Source of the DNA: a virus
DNA: 42,263 bases
Virus record (IMG/VR): IMGVR_UViG_3300021256_000029
Coordinates: 1-42,263 of that record
Direction: 5' to 3' (one strand)
Within the stretch, counting starts at the first letter, position 1. Each line of letters begins with the position of its first letter. This document shows positions 8,190 through 14,435 of this stretch, piece by piece. The notes under the pieces are model-generated. The model was given only the letters and a program-made list of their open reading frames with translations. It did no database searches and had not been told where the DNA came from. The translations under genes were made by a program, and so were the position numbers.

Positions 8190-8197
8190 CAAAGATA
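8190..8197 (-). promoter_or_regulatory. -7 box TATCTTTG of a class-II promoter (GAAAAATAAC-TATCTTTG-CA)
   Basis: Matches the Bacteroidota TAnnTTTG element. The flanks are nearly identical to those of the boxes at 34339 and 14654. It lies about 100 nt upstream of ATG 8081. Confidence 0.5.
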
Positions 8198-8198
8198 G

Positions 8199-8912
8199 TT
8201 ATTTTTCTTTTCCCGGCAATAGTAATGACAAATTTTGTGTTGGCGCAATTGCTTTCCGGATTTCCTCAATACGTGTATCGTTGGCAACCAACGACACAAC
8301 AGGATACCGGGAATTGACGCCGGGTTTGTTACTCTTGGCAAACTGTACGGACAAATCGAACGCCGTTTGGCAAACCGTCCCGCGCATCATTTGGACGCCA
8401 TCGAACGAATTGCGTATATTTTTGATGGACGACGCCGCGCCCTTTGTGGAAAATTGCCATACGCCCACGACGCCACGGACGGCCGGGACAATGAACCGCA
8501 ACGTTAACGCCACGTCCCAATTGTCGGCCCCGCGCTTGGTCGGGTTCCGGGCGGTTATCTGTTCCATAATGTCCGGGTAATTGTCCACGGAATAAGGGGC
8601 GTATTTCTTGCCATCCCATATTTCGAACGTATGTCCGTCGCCACGGGCAACCAACGCCCCGGAATTGTCCCGGTATTCGTAACGTTCGTTGCAAACCTTT
8701 CCCGCATCGTCGGACGGGAATATGATGGTAATGGTTTGGGGCTTTTCGCCCAACGCTTGGGTAAACAATCCGGCGTATTTGCCGGTCGGCCGGAACCAAT
8801 CAATGGATGTTGGTAAACCCCGGTCGTTTTTCATACCGATATGCAACCGGCCAATTTCGGGTAATTCCAAGATTCCCACGCCCTGTTCGGGCCTAATAAT
8901 ACGTCCGCCCAT
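8199..8912 (-). CDS. Hypothetical protein (237 aa); candidate annealing/recombination partner of the adjacent exonuclease
   Basis: ATG 2 nt after the stop of the PD-(D/E)XK exonuclease gene. The functional suggestion rests only on exo-annealase synteny in phage recombination modules. Confidence 0.3.
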   Translation of the reverse strand: MGGRIIRPEQGVGILELPEIGRLHIGMKNDRGLPTSIDWFRPTGKYAGLFTQALGEKPQTITIIFPSDDAGKVCNERYEYRDNSGALVARGDGHTFEIWDGKKYAPYSVDNYPDIMEQITARNPTKRGADNWDVALTLRFIVPAVRGVVGVWQFSTKGAASSIKNIRNSFDGVQMMRGTVCQTAFDLSVQFAKSNKPGVNSRYPVVSLVANDTRIEEIRKAIAPTQNLSLLLPGKEK

Positions 8913-8914
8913 AA

Positions 8915-10180
8915 TTACAATTCCATTTCAGCGTTTAACAAATTGTCCTTTGCGGCCTGTTCCGCAATCTGTTCCGGCGTCGGTCCAACGGGCTTGGCGG
9001 GTTCCGGTTTCTTTTCCCACGGTAATTTTTCGTCATTTTCCGTTTTAACGGGCTTTTCCGGTTCGGACGGGGTATTTACCGGTTCGGTTGCTTTCGTCGC
9101 TTTTACGGCCCTTTTTGTGGCCTTTTTGGCCGGTTCCGCCTGTTGGCCCGGTTCCGGGGCGGCGGCCGCCTGTTTCGGGGCTTCCTTTGTGTCCGCCTTG
9201 GTGCGTATCAGTTCGGCCAACGATAACGTCAACAGGTTGTCCGCAATCTTTCCGTTATCCAAGTCAAGAACGCCACGAACGATTGTCAACGTGTTGTCCC
9301 GCTTTTCATCCTCAATCGCGGCCAATGCTAAAAGATACGGCAATTTCTTTGCGTTGACGGAATCCGTTTGGTCTTTCAAATTGTACGTGGGTTTGGTGCG
9401 CCAATCTTTCGGGGAAAAGTTAAACACGCGTTCAATCGGTTTGTCCTCAAAATTGACATTCCACATTTCCCGGTACAAATGCAACTGTAATTCGTGTTCT
9501 TCAAAAAACCCTTTGCGGCCGCTTTTGAAATCCACAATGGCCGTGAACGTCTTGGCCGTTTTGGGGTCCGTCATTACGCACGGCAAATCCAAACAACCGG
9601 CATACCGGAATTTGGGATGGACCAAACCGATTTCCACGGCCAACGGTTTCACGTTGTAATCCTTGACGAATTGAGCAAATGCCAAAACGTCCTTTCGGAC
9701 CTTAACCAACCATTGGGAAAACAGGGATTCCGGGACGTGTTCGCGTTCCATATACGCAAGCAATACGGACGGGACGTTATCAAAGTCGTAACGGCGGTTG
9801 ATAATCAGTTTTTCAAATTCGCCGTGCATAAACGTTCCGTATGCGGCGGCCAAATCCCGCTTTTCCGTGGAACCCTCTTTTCCATTGGTCAACATCCAAT
9901 CCAATAATGTTGGCGACATTGGCATTACCTGTTTCAAAAGCGTGGTAACGGACGGGTAAAATTCCGGCGTTCCATCGGCTTTGAATCGGTAATAATACCG
10001 GTATCCGTCGGAATTGAGTTGGAACACCCGGTACGGCGGTTCCTTTAACGCATCCGCGTTGAAATAGACGGCGCGGATTTCCTCAACGGTCATTCCCGGG
10101 AACACCTCTTGGGCCTTTTCCTGTTCCGGGGCCATCAATGCGGCCAACGCCGCGTCATTCTGTTTAATTTCTTTTTCCAT
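8915..10180 (-). CDS. PD-(D/E)XK (RecB/Cas4/lambda-Exo-like) exonuclease with low-complexity C-terminal tail (421 aa)
   Basis: Motifs appear in order: GTFMHGEFE, AGCLDL, IVDFKSG (D-x-K) and QLHLY (QxxxY). The last ~90 aa are P/K/A/E-rich. The ATG is embedded in GCGATACGATG. Confidence 0.7.
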   Translation of the reverse strand: MEKEIKQNDAALAALMAPEQEKAQEVFPGMTVEEIRAVYFNADALKEPPYRVFQLNSDGYRYYYRFKADGTPEFYPSVTTLLKQVMPMSPTLLDWMLTNGKEGSTEKRDLAAAYGTFMHGEFEKLIINRRYDFDNVPSVLLAYMEREHVPESLFSQWLVKVRKDVLAFAQFVKDYNVKPLAVEIGLVHPKFRYAGCLDLPCVMTDPKTAKTFTAIVDFKSGRKGFFEEHELQLHLYREMWNVNFEDKPIERVFNFSPKDWRTKPTYNLKDQTDSVNAKKLPYLLALAAIEDEKRDNTLTIVRGVLDLDNGKIADNLLTLSLAELIRTKADTKEAPKQAAAAPEPGQQAEPAKKATKRAVKATKATEPVNTPSEPEKPVKTENDEKLPWEKKPEPAKPVGPTPEQIAEQAAKDNLLNAEMEL

Positions 10181-10193
10181 CGTATCGCATTTT

Positions 10194-10367
10194 TTATTTC
10201 ATCCGGGCAAAACGGATATATTCACGCAAGAACATCCCGAACATTACGGACGCAAGAACGGCGACAACATAAATGGCGGGTTTCCAAAAGATACCGGCAA
10301 TTGCGCCGATAAGGACAACGGCCCAAACAATGGTCCAAAACAAATTCAATGTACTTTCGTATTTCAT
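10194..10367 (-). CDS. Small membrane protein, two predicted TM helices (57 aa)
   Basis: ATG at 10365-10367 (MKYESTL...), 4 nt after the upstream stop. Hydrophobic stretches LFWTIVWAVVLIGAIAGIF and AIYVVAVLASVMFGMF. Confidence 0.55.
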   Translation of the reverse strand: MKYESTLNLFWTIVWAVVLIGAIAGIFWKPAIYVVAVLASVMFGMFLREYIRFARMK

Positions 10368-10371
10368 AACC

Positions 10372-10602
10372 TTATTCGTTTGAAAGTCCAAACAGGAAAT
10401 CGGCCGTGCATCCGGTCATTTCGCAAATGATGTTGACCCAAGCGGGGTTGATTTTGTTGGTTTTCCCGTTACACAACGCGGTCATATTGACCTGTTGGGC
10501 GGCGGGTGCGGAATCGGGCCACAACTTGGCGGCAACGTCCTTTTTCAATACCTTTTTGCCCTGTTCTTTTGCGCGGGCAATCGCTTGTTCAATTCGCATC
10601 AT
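10372..10602 (-). CDS. XRE/Cro-like helix-turn-helix transcriptional regulator (76 aa)
   Basis: Size and pattern (KKDVAAKLWP....VNMTALCNGKT...W...ICEMTGCTADFLFGL) fit short XRE-family HTH proteins. ATGA overlap with the upstream gene. Confidence 0.55.
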   Translation of the reverse strand: MMRIEQAIARAKEQGKKVLKKDVAAKLWPDSAPAAQQVNMTALCNGKTNKINPAWVNIICEMTGCTADFLFGLSNE

Positions 10603-11039
10603 AATTCTTTTTCGCTTTTAATGGTTTTGCCACATTCGCGGCATTGGTAAATGTAATTGTCAATAACGTATGAATTGGGCGTGTAATAATCGCCATCATT
10701 CAATTCGTGGCCCTCTGTTTCGATAAACCGCAATTCCCCGCCGCAATGCGGGCAATCGCCATCCCCAAGAATAACAAGACGGCAAAACGCATCGAACACG
10801 TCACAATGGATTGCCCGACATTCGCCAAATAAGAACGTGGACAATCCGGCGCACACGTCGGAAACCAATTTGTCCCCGGTCGCCTTTATGACCGTCACGC
10901 CGTAATTGTCTTGCGTATCCTCAAACATACCGGAATCAATGAACCATTTGCAAAGTTCAACGGCCACGGTTTCGTTGGCAACGGGTGCGTCCATTGCGGC
11001 CGCAACCCTGTTCAAATTTTCGTCAATCTTGAATCGCAT
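10599..11039 (-). CDS. Hypothetical zinc-ribbon protein (146 aa)
   Basis: ATG at 11037-11039 (MRFKIDEN...). The C-terminus carries CPHCGG...CRECG. Confidence 0.5.
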   Translation of the reverse strand: MRFKIDENLNRVAAAMDAPVANETVAVELCKWFIDSGMFEDTQDNYGVTVIKATGDKLVSDVCAGLSTFLFGECRAIHCDVFDAFCRLVILGDGDCPHCGGELRFIETEGHELNDGDYYTPNSYVIDNYIYQCRECGKTIKSEKEL

Positions 11040-11070
11040 AATTGTTCCGGGAATCCGCCCGGGCGGGGTC

Positions 11071-11310
11071 TTATTCAAGTTCAATTCCGCAATAGGTGTA
11101 ATCTAATTCATTGTCATATTCGGCCGCGTCGAATTTAGGACCAAAGAAATTTTTGATTGCGGCAACGGCGTTTGTGTTGTTTCCCTCAATTTCAACAGTA
11201 AGATAAATTCCGCCTTTCTTACGTCCGGACAAAACGGTTACATCAACAGTCGTTCCGGCAATTGCCCCAATCTTGGCGTTCATCATCTGTTTCAAAATTT
11301 CTGTTCTCAT
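11071..11310 (-). CDS. Hypothetical protein (79 aa), first gene of early operon 2
   Basis: ATG directly after early cassette 2. Confidence 0.6.
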   Translation of the reverse strand: MRTEILKQMMNAKIGAIAGTTVDVTVLSGRKKGGIYLTVEIEGNNTNAVAAIKNFFGPKFDAAEYDNELDYTYCGIELE

Positions 11311-11402
11311 TGCTTTTTTGTTTTATCCCGGAACCCGCCGGGTCGGTTGGGTTGGTTCCTCAACCCGGGTACAAAGATAGGTATTATTTTCTAATTACCA
11401 AA
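11311..11402 (-). promoter_or_regulatory. Early promoter-leader cassette 2
   Basis: On the minus strand:
- -33 TTTG at 11399-11402, a 19-nt spacer, then -7 TATCTTTG at 11372-11379.
- Hairpin 1 GGGTTG-AGGAAC-CAACCC at 11349-11366.
- Hairpin 2 CCCGG-CGGGTT-CCGGG at 11327-11342, with its arms swapped relative to the other cassettes. Confidence 0.75.
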
Positions 11403-11570
11403 ATTTTTAACATAATTTTTTATAGTTGCACCCGGACAACCAACGACGCAAACTTAATTTTCACGAATTTTCGATTTAACGGCATTTCCCGGCAAAAACG
11501 ATAAGTTATACCACCCGGAACAGAAAAGCCCGGAAAACGGCTTAAAAACGGCCGTTCCGGGCGGGATACG

Positions 11571-11594
11571 AAAAACCCGGGGATTTGCCCGGGT
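11571..11594 (-). terminator. Intrinsic terminator after early operon 3
   Basis: The minus strand reads ACCCGGG-CAAATC-CCCGGG followed by TTTTT. It starts 6 nt after the stop at 11600. Confidence 0.7.
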
Positions 11595-11599
11595 GTTTC

Positions 11600-11905
11600 T
11601 TAATTCGTCGTTTCGGCGTTGATGTGTTTATGGATTAGTGTATAAACCGCCGTTATGGCCTGTTTGTTTTCGTTGTATTCCTGTTGGGTGCAATCGGCCA
11701 CAAAGTTTTCGAATTGCTTGTACAGGGCTTGCAACTGTTCCCGGCTCATTGTGTACCGGCGGCAACCGCTTTCGTCAACAAATCCCCGTTCATCTTCAAC
11801 AATCCGGATTCCCGGGTTTAAGATTTTGTTGGCCCTGTATTCGTCGGCCGTCATTTCAACAATCTTGGTTTTTCCTGTAACCGGGTGCGTCGTTTCAACT
11901 TTCAT
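11600..11905 (-). CDS. Hypothetical protein (101 aa)
   Basis: ATG at 11903-11905 (MKVETTHPV...), preceded by AATCCAAAAGCGATATG and by an 8-bp hairpin at 11923-11942. Confidence 0.55.
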   Translation of the reverse strand: MKVETTHPVTGKTKIVEMTADEYRANKILNPGIRIVEDERGFVDESGCRRYTMSREQLQALYKQFENFVADCTQQEYNENKQAITAVYTLIHKHINAETTN

Positions 11906-11950
11906 ATCGCTTTTGGATTGTGGGGGCCGGTTGCCCGGCCCCGGGTTCAA

Positions 11951-12220
11951 CTATTCGACAACCGTAATGATATGGGTAACGTCCATTGCTTTGCCACGGG
12001 TTCCGGGCTTTCCGGCGGACCGGTGCGCCCTCAATGTGAACACATCCCCGTTGCGGTCCAAATCGTAATCGTCGAATTTGCAAATGTCCATAAGAAACGT
12101 AATGCGTTGGGAAATCCACGTTTCGGCGTCCACGAACCCGCGATGGTTGGTTACTTTGCCGTTGTATATGGTTTGAACCTTGGATTTCATTGCGTATTTG
12201 GTGTTGATTGTGTATGCCAT
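11951..12220 (-). CDS. Hypothetical protein (89 aa)
   Basis: The track ORF 11951..12535 reads through cassette 3 and another gene. The ATG at 12218-12220 (MAYTINTKY...) follows a hairpin at 12237-12256. Confidence 0.55.
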   Translation of the reverse strand: MAYTINTKYAMKSKVQTIYNGKVTNHRGFVDAETWISQRITFLMDICKFDDYDLDRNGDVFTLRAHRSAGKPGTRGKAMDVTHIITVVE

Positions 12221-12264
12221 AATGATTGGGGTTTGTGGCCCGGGTTTCCCGGGGCCGTGTTTAA

Positions 12265-12447
12265 TTACTTTGAAAGTTGTGCAATCCGGCGTTCGATTTC
12301 CGAATGGAAATACGGGGTTGAATTTTTGAGAATTTCGTAATTGGCAATCGTTTCTTCCTTTGTATAGGATTTCCGGCCAAACATTTTTTTGTACATTTTG
12401 GTCACTTGCGTTTTTTTGTAAGTGGCCATTGATTGCGTTTGATACAT
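12265..12447 (-). CDS. Hypothetical basic protein (60 aa), first gene of early operon 3
   Basis: ATG directly after early cassette 3. Confidence 0.55.
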   Translation of the reverse strand: MYQTQSMATYKKTQVTKMYKKMFGRKSYTKEETIANYEILKNSTPYFHSEIERRIAQLSK

Positions 12448-12536
12448 TGCTTTGTTCTTTACCGGGAACCGGCCCGGGCCGTTGGGTTATTTCCTTAACC
12501 CGATACAAAGGTACAACAATTTTTCTAAAAACCAAA
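12448..12536 (-). promoter_or_regulatory. Early promoter-leader cassette 3
   Basis: On the minus strand:
- -33 TTTG at 12533-12536, a 19-nt spacer, then -7 TACCTTTG at 12506-12513.
- Hairpin 1 GGGTTA-AGGAAA-TAACCC at 12484-12501.
- Hairpin 2 CCGGG-CCGGTT-CCCGG at 12462-12477. Confidence 0.75.
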
Positions 12537-12609
12537 ACTTTTACTTTAATTTTGCGCGATTTTTCGAAAAAAGTTGCATTTTGCCGGAAAGAATACCGCC
12601 GAAACCCGG

Positions 12610-12617
12610 TATATTTG
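12610..12617 (+). promoter_or_regulatory. Plus-strand -7 box TATATTTG, divergent from cassette 3
   Basis: Exact TAnnTTTG match 28 nt upstream of the plus-strand ATG at 12645. I found no well-spaced -33 TTTG; the nearest is 26 nt upstream. Confidence 0.45.
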
Positions 12618-12644
12618 TATGCGTAACCATCAAACCAAACAGTT

Positions 12645-12788
12645 ATGCCCGTTCAAAAAGTCCCCGGCGGTTATCGTTTCGGTACAACCGGCAAAGTTTA
12701 TCCCACAAAAGCCCAAGCGGAACAACAGGCCCGCGCAATTTATGCGTCCGGGTATCGTGAAAAGCCCCAACAAAGCAAAAAGAAATAG
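12645..12788 (+). CDS. Hypothetical basic 47-aa protein; the only plus-strand gene
   Basis: Translates to MPVQKVPGGYRFGTTGKVYPTKAQAEQQARAIYASGYREKPQQSKKK. It has its own -7 box. It is followed by a hairpin (12788-12816) and a plus-strand intrinsic terminator (12871-12900). It is below the track cutoff. Confidence 0.5.
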   Translation: MPVQKVPGGYRFGTTGKVYPTKAQAEQQARAIYASGYREKPQQSKKK

Positions 12789-12830
12789 GGAATTTCGCCA
12801 ATCGGCGAATTTTCCCTATCTTTGTGGCGT

Positions 12831-12900
12831 CTTTTTACCCATCGTATCGCCTACCACGGTATTTTGACCGCCCCGCCGGGATTCGTCCGGGCGGGGTTTT
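12831..12900 (+). ncRNA. Candidate ~70-nt sRNA (or 3' UTR) carrying a seed antisense to the GCGATACGATG start-codon motif
   Basis: The -7 box TATCTTTG lies at 12817-12824. The seed CCCATCGTATCGCC lies at 12838-12851. The terminator CCCCGCCGGG-ATTCGT-CCGGGCGGGG-TTTT lies at 12871-12900. The 5' end is only estimated. Confidence 0.35.
12871..12900 (+). terminator. Intrinsic terminator with a plus-strand U-tract; the hairpin also abuts the stop of minus-strand gene 12899..13159
   Basis: A 10-bp GC stem with a 6-nt loop and a TTTT(AT) tail on the plus strand. On the minus strand the hairpin is followed by CGGTCAAAATA, which has no U-run. Confidence 0.7.
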
Positions 12901-13159
12901 ATAGAATTTGCGCACATTCATACGCATACCGTTCCCGATATGACCAATGGCACAACGCCATTATTCGGTTTTCTTCCTTTTGTGCCTGTATTTCATCCCA
13001 TACGGACCAACCCTTGGACGAATATGGAAACGGGTACGCCTTTTTGAACCGCCGCAATGATGTGTAACGCGGAAATGGTCGCAAACGGTCGGATTTTGGC
13101 GTTGTGGTTTGCGGACCGGAAACACAAACGGGTTTTAATTTTCTTGGTTTCTTTTTCAT
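12899..13159 (-). CDS. Hypothetical basic protein (86 aa)
   Basis: ATG at 13157-13159, preceded by AATCCAAACGCGATATG. It lies 12 nt after the upstream stop. Confidence 0.55.
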   Translation of the reverse strand: MKKKPRKLKPVCVSGPQTTTPKSDRLRPFPRYTSLRRFKKAYPFPYSSKGWSVWDEIQAQKEENRIMALCHWSYRERYAYECAQIL

Positions 13160-13171
13160 ATCGCGTTTGGA

Positions 13172-13723
13172 TTATCTGTTATGCGGATTCCGCGCCCGTA
13201 TCTGTTCCGCCAATTCCGGCCGATTCTTGCACATATAATCGTACACGTACAATTCCCCGTAAAAGCCGGTTTCCAATTGGTAACGGGCCATCGTTTCGGG
13301 GTCCAATTCGATGCAAGACGCGTACATTTCTTTCCGAACGTCCCGATGCAATGCCCGTTCAAATGTCGGGTCAATGTATTTGTCCCCAATCTTGACAAAC
13401 GCGTGTTCAATCGGCAACAGGCCGTAACAATACGCGTAACCCTCAACGTATTTTGTCGGTAAATCAAAATCCAATATAAAATACCATTGTTCGATTATCT
13501 GTATTAAATCGGCGGCGTTCTTGTAACACATTTTTTGTTGTGTCTTGTAACCGGCGTTTTTGAACAGGAATTGCAATTGTTCCGGCGTGAACACGTCCCG
13601 CATCGGCACACATTCAACCACCCGGGCGTCGTTTGCCTGTTGTTCAAACCACGCTTTTTGTTCCGGGTTCCAATCCAATGACGCCCGGGCGCGTAATTCT
13701 TCAATGATTGTGTTTGTTTCCAT
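13172..13723 (-). CDS. Hypothetical protein (183 aa), possible Cys-His-Asp fold
   Basis: ATG start. MCYKNAADL ... PIEHAFVKIGDKYIDPT could form a transglutaminase/papain-like triad. This is motif-level only. Confidence 0.5.
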   Translation of the reverse strand: METNTIIEELRARASLDWNPEQKAWFEQQANDARVVECVPMRDVFTPEQLQFLFKNAGYKTQQKMCYKNAADLIQIIEQWYFILDFDLPTKYVEGYAYCYGLLPIEHAFVKIGDKYIDPTFERALHRDVRKEMYASCIELDPETMARYQLETGFYGELYVYDYMCKNRPELAEQIRARNPHNR

Positions 13724-13898
13724 TTGTCTTTTTACGTTTTATCGGTTTCAGTAATCGCCCGGGCAACGCTTCGCACGGGGTCGCGGCCCAACAATACACG
13801 GTTTCGGAAATCGGCCGCCCGCTTTTCCGGTCCGCATAACAACGCCCATCCCGCCCGTATGAATGACGTTTGCAATGTTCGCATTGTTCCCGGGTCAT
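13701..13898 (-). CDS. Hypothetical Cys-rich basic protein (65 aa)
   Basis: ATGA overlap with the upstream gene. It overlaps the next gene by 23 nt. CEHCKR...C...C pattern. Confidence 0.45.
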   Translation of the reverse strand: MTREQCEHCKRHSYGRDGRCYADRKSGRPISETVYCWAATPCEALPGRLLKPIKRKKTNGNKHNH

Positions 13899-14095
13899 AT
13901 CAAATTTGGTGTTGTCTTTTTCCCGCCCATCTGTTCGGCCAATTCTTGAACCCGGGCGGCCTGTTCGTCCATCGAAATATTCTTGATGTAATTGGCGGTC
14001 ACGCGTTCGCCCTTGCGGCCGTATGCGTTCGTAAAGTGTTCAACGGTCACGTCCCAAAGCGTGTAAAACTTGGTTGTAAATCCAATCGTGTACAT
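13895..14095 (-). CDS. Hypothetical protein (66 aa)
   Basis: ATG at 14093-14095 (MYTIGFTTKF...), 13 nt after the upstream stop. The longer track start is non-ATG. Confidence 0.5.
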   Translation of the reverse strand: MYTIGFTTKFYTLWDVTVEHFTNAYGRKGERVTANYIKNISMDEQAARVQELAEQMGGKKTTPNLI

Positions 14096-14108
14096 AATCG
14101 CGGGGGAA

Positions 14109-14342
14109 TTAAGCAACGTAAAAGGAAATTTTGATACCACGGCGCAATTTGCAAACGCAAACGTCGGTCATATCGTTAAACGCACGGTCCAAAAGACGGT
14201 TGGTTAATTCAATGTCGCCGACCAAGCGGATAAGGCCGGACACGCCAACCAATGTGTTGATTTTGGAACCCTCATAAAGCCCGGAAACCTTGATTTTGTA
14301 ATTGCGGTTGATTTCCTTGGTGGTGTATTTTAACGTTGCCAT
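14109..14342 (-). CDS. Hypothetical protein (77 aa), first gene of early operon 4
   Basis: ATG at 14340-14342 (MATLKYTTKE...) directly after cassette 4. The track ORF start at 14396 lies inside the leader hairpins. Confidence 0.6.
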   Translation of the reverse strand: MATLKYTTKEINRNYKIKVSGLYEGSKINTLVGVSGLIRLVGDIELTNRLLDRAFNDMTDVCVCKLRRGIKISFYVA

Positions 14343-14435
14343 AACTGTTGTTGTTTGTTCCGGGAACCGGCCCGGGCCGTCGGGTTGTTTCATCAACCAC
14401 GGTACAAAGGTACAACAAAAAATTTAATTTCCAAA
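14343..14435 (-). promoter_or_regulatory. Early promoter-leader cassette 4
   Basis: On the minus strand:
- -33 TTTG at 14432-14435, a 19-nt spacer, then -7 TACCTTTG at 14405-14412.
- Hairpin 1 GGTTG-ATGAAA-CAACC at 14383-14398.
- Hairpin 2 CCGGG-CCGGTT-CCCGG at 14360-14375. Confidence 0.75.

Noticed and set aside
11403-11599. Small ORFs in the non-coding blocks, for example a 20-codon minus-strand ORF MPLNRKFVKIKFASLVVRVQL in 11403-11599 and a 19-codon plus-strand ORF MRNPGWDGKNRPRFATGPVL near 14558-14617.
   Set aside because: They are very short, are not conserved between the homologous blocks 2 and 4, and overlap terminator hairpins.
11951-12535. 194-aa ORF, and similarly the N-terminally extended versions of 14109..14396, 7290..8192, 661..1116, 4964..5524, 25422..26327 and 16535..18829.
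   Set aside because: The extensions begin at non-ATG codons. They read through promoter-leader cassettes, terminator hairpins or the preceding gene. Internal ATGs placed 1-15 nt after the upstream stop give the compact arrangement seen throughout.
12827-12853. Minus-strand 8-codon ORF (MGKKTPQR) behind the orphan GCGATACGATG copy.
   Set aside because: It is too short and lies downstream of the operon-4 terminator hairpin on the minus strand. The copy is better explained as the antisense seed of a plus-strand RNA. A leader-peptide role cannot be excluded.
12574-12867. 97-aa plus-strand ORF covering the divergent region.
   Set aside because: It starts upstream of the plus-strand -7 box and reads through the hairpin and the second -7 box, with a basic low-complexity translation. 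The 47-codon ORF in another frame (12645-12788) fits the promoter and terminator far better.
3496-14435. The four repeated cassettes as a CRISPR-like array or as transposon ends.
   Set aside because: The copies are 1-8 kb apart, all in the same orientation, and each sits precisely between a promoter and a start codon. There are no regular spacers, cas genes or transposase genes.
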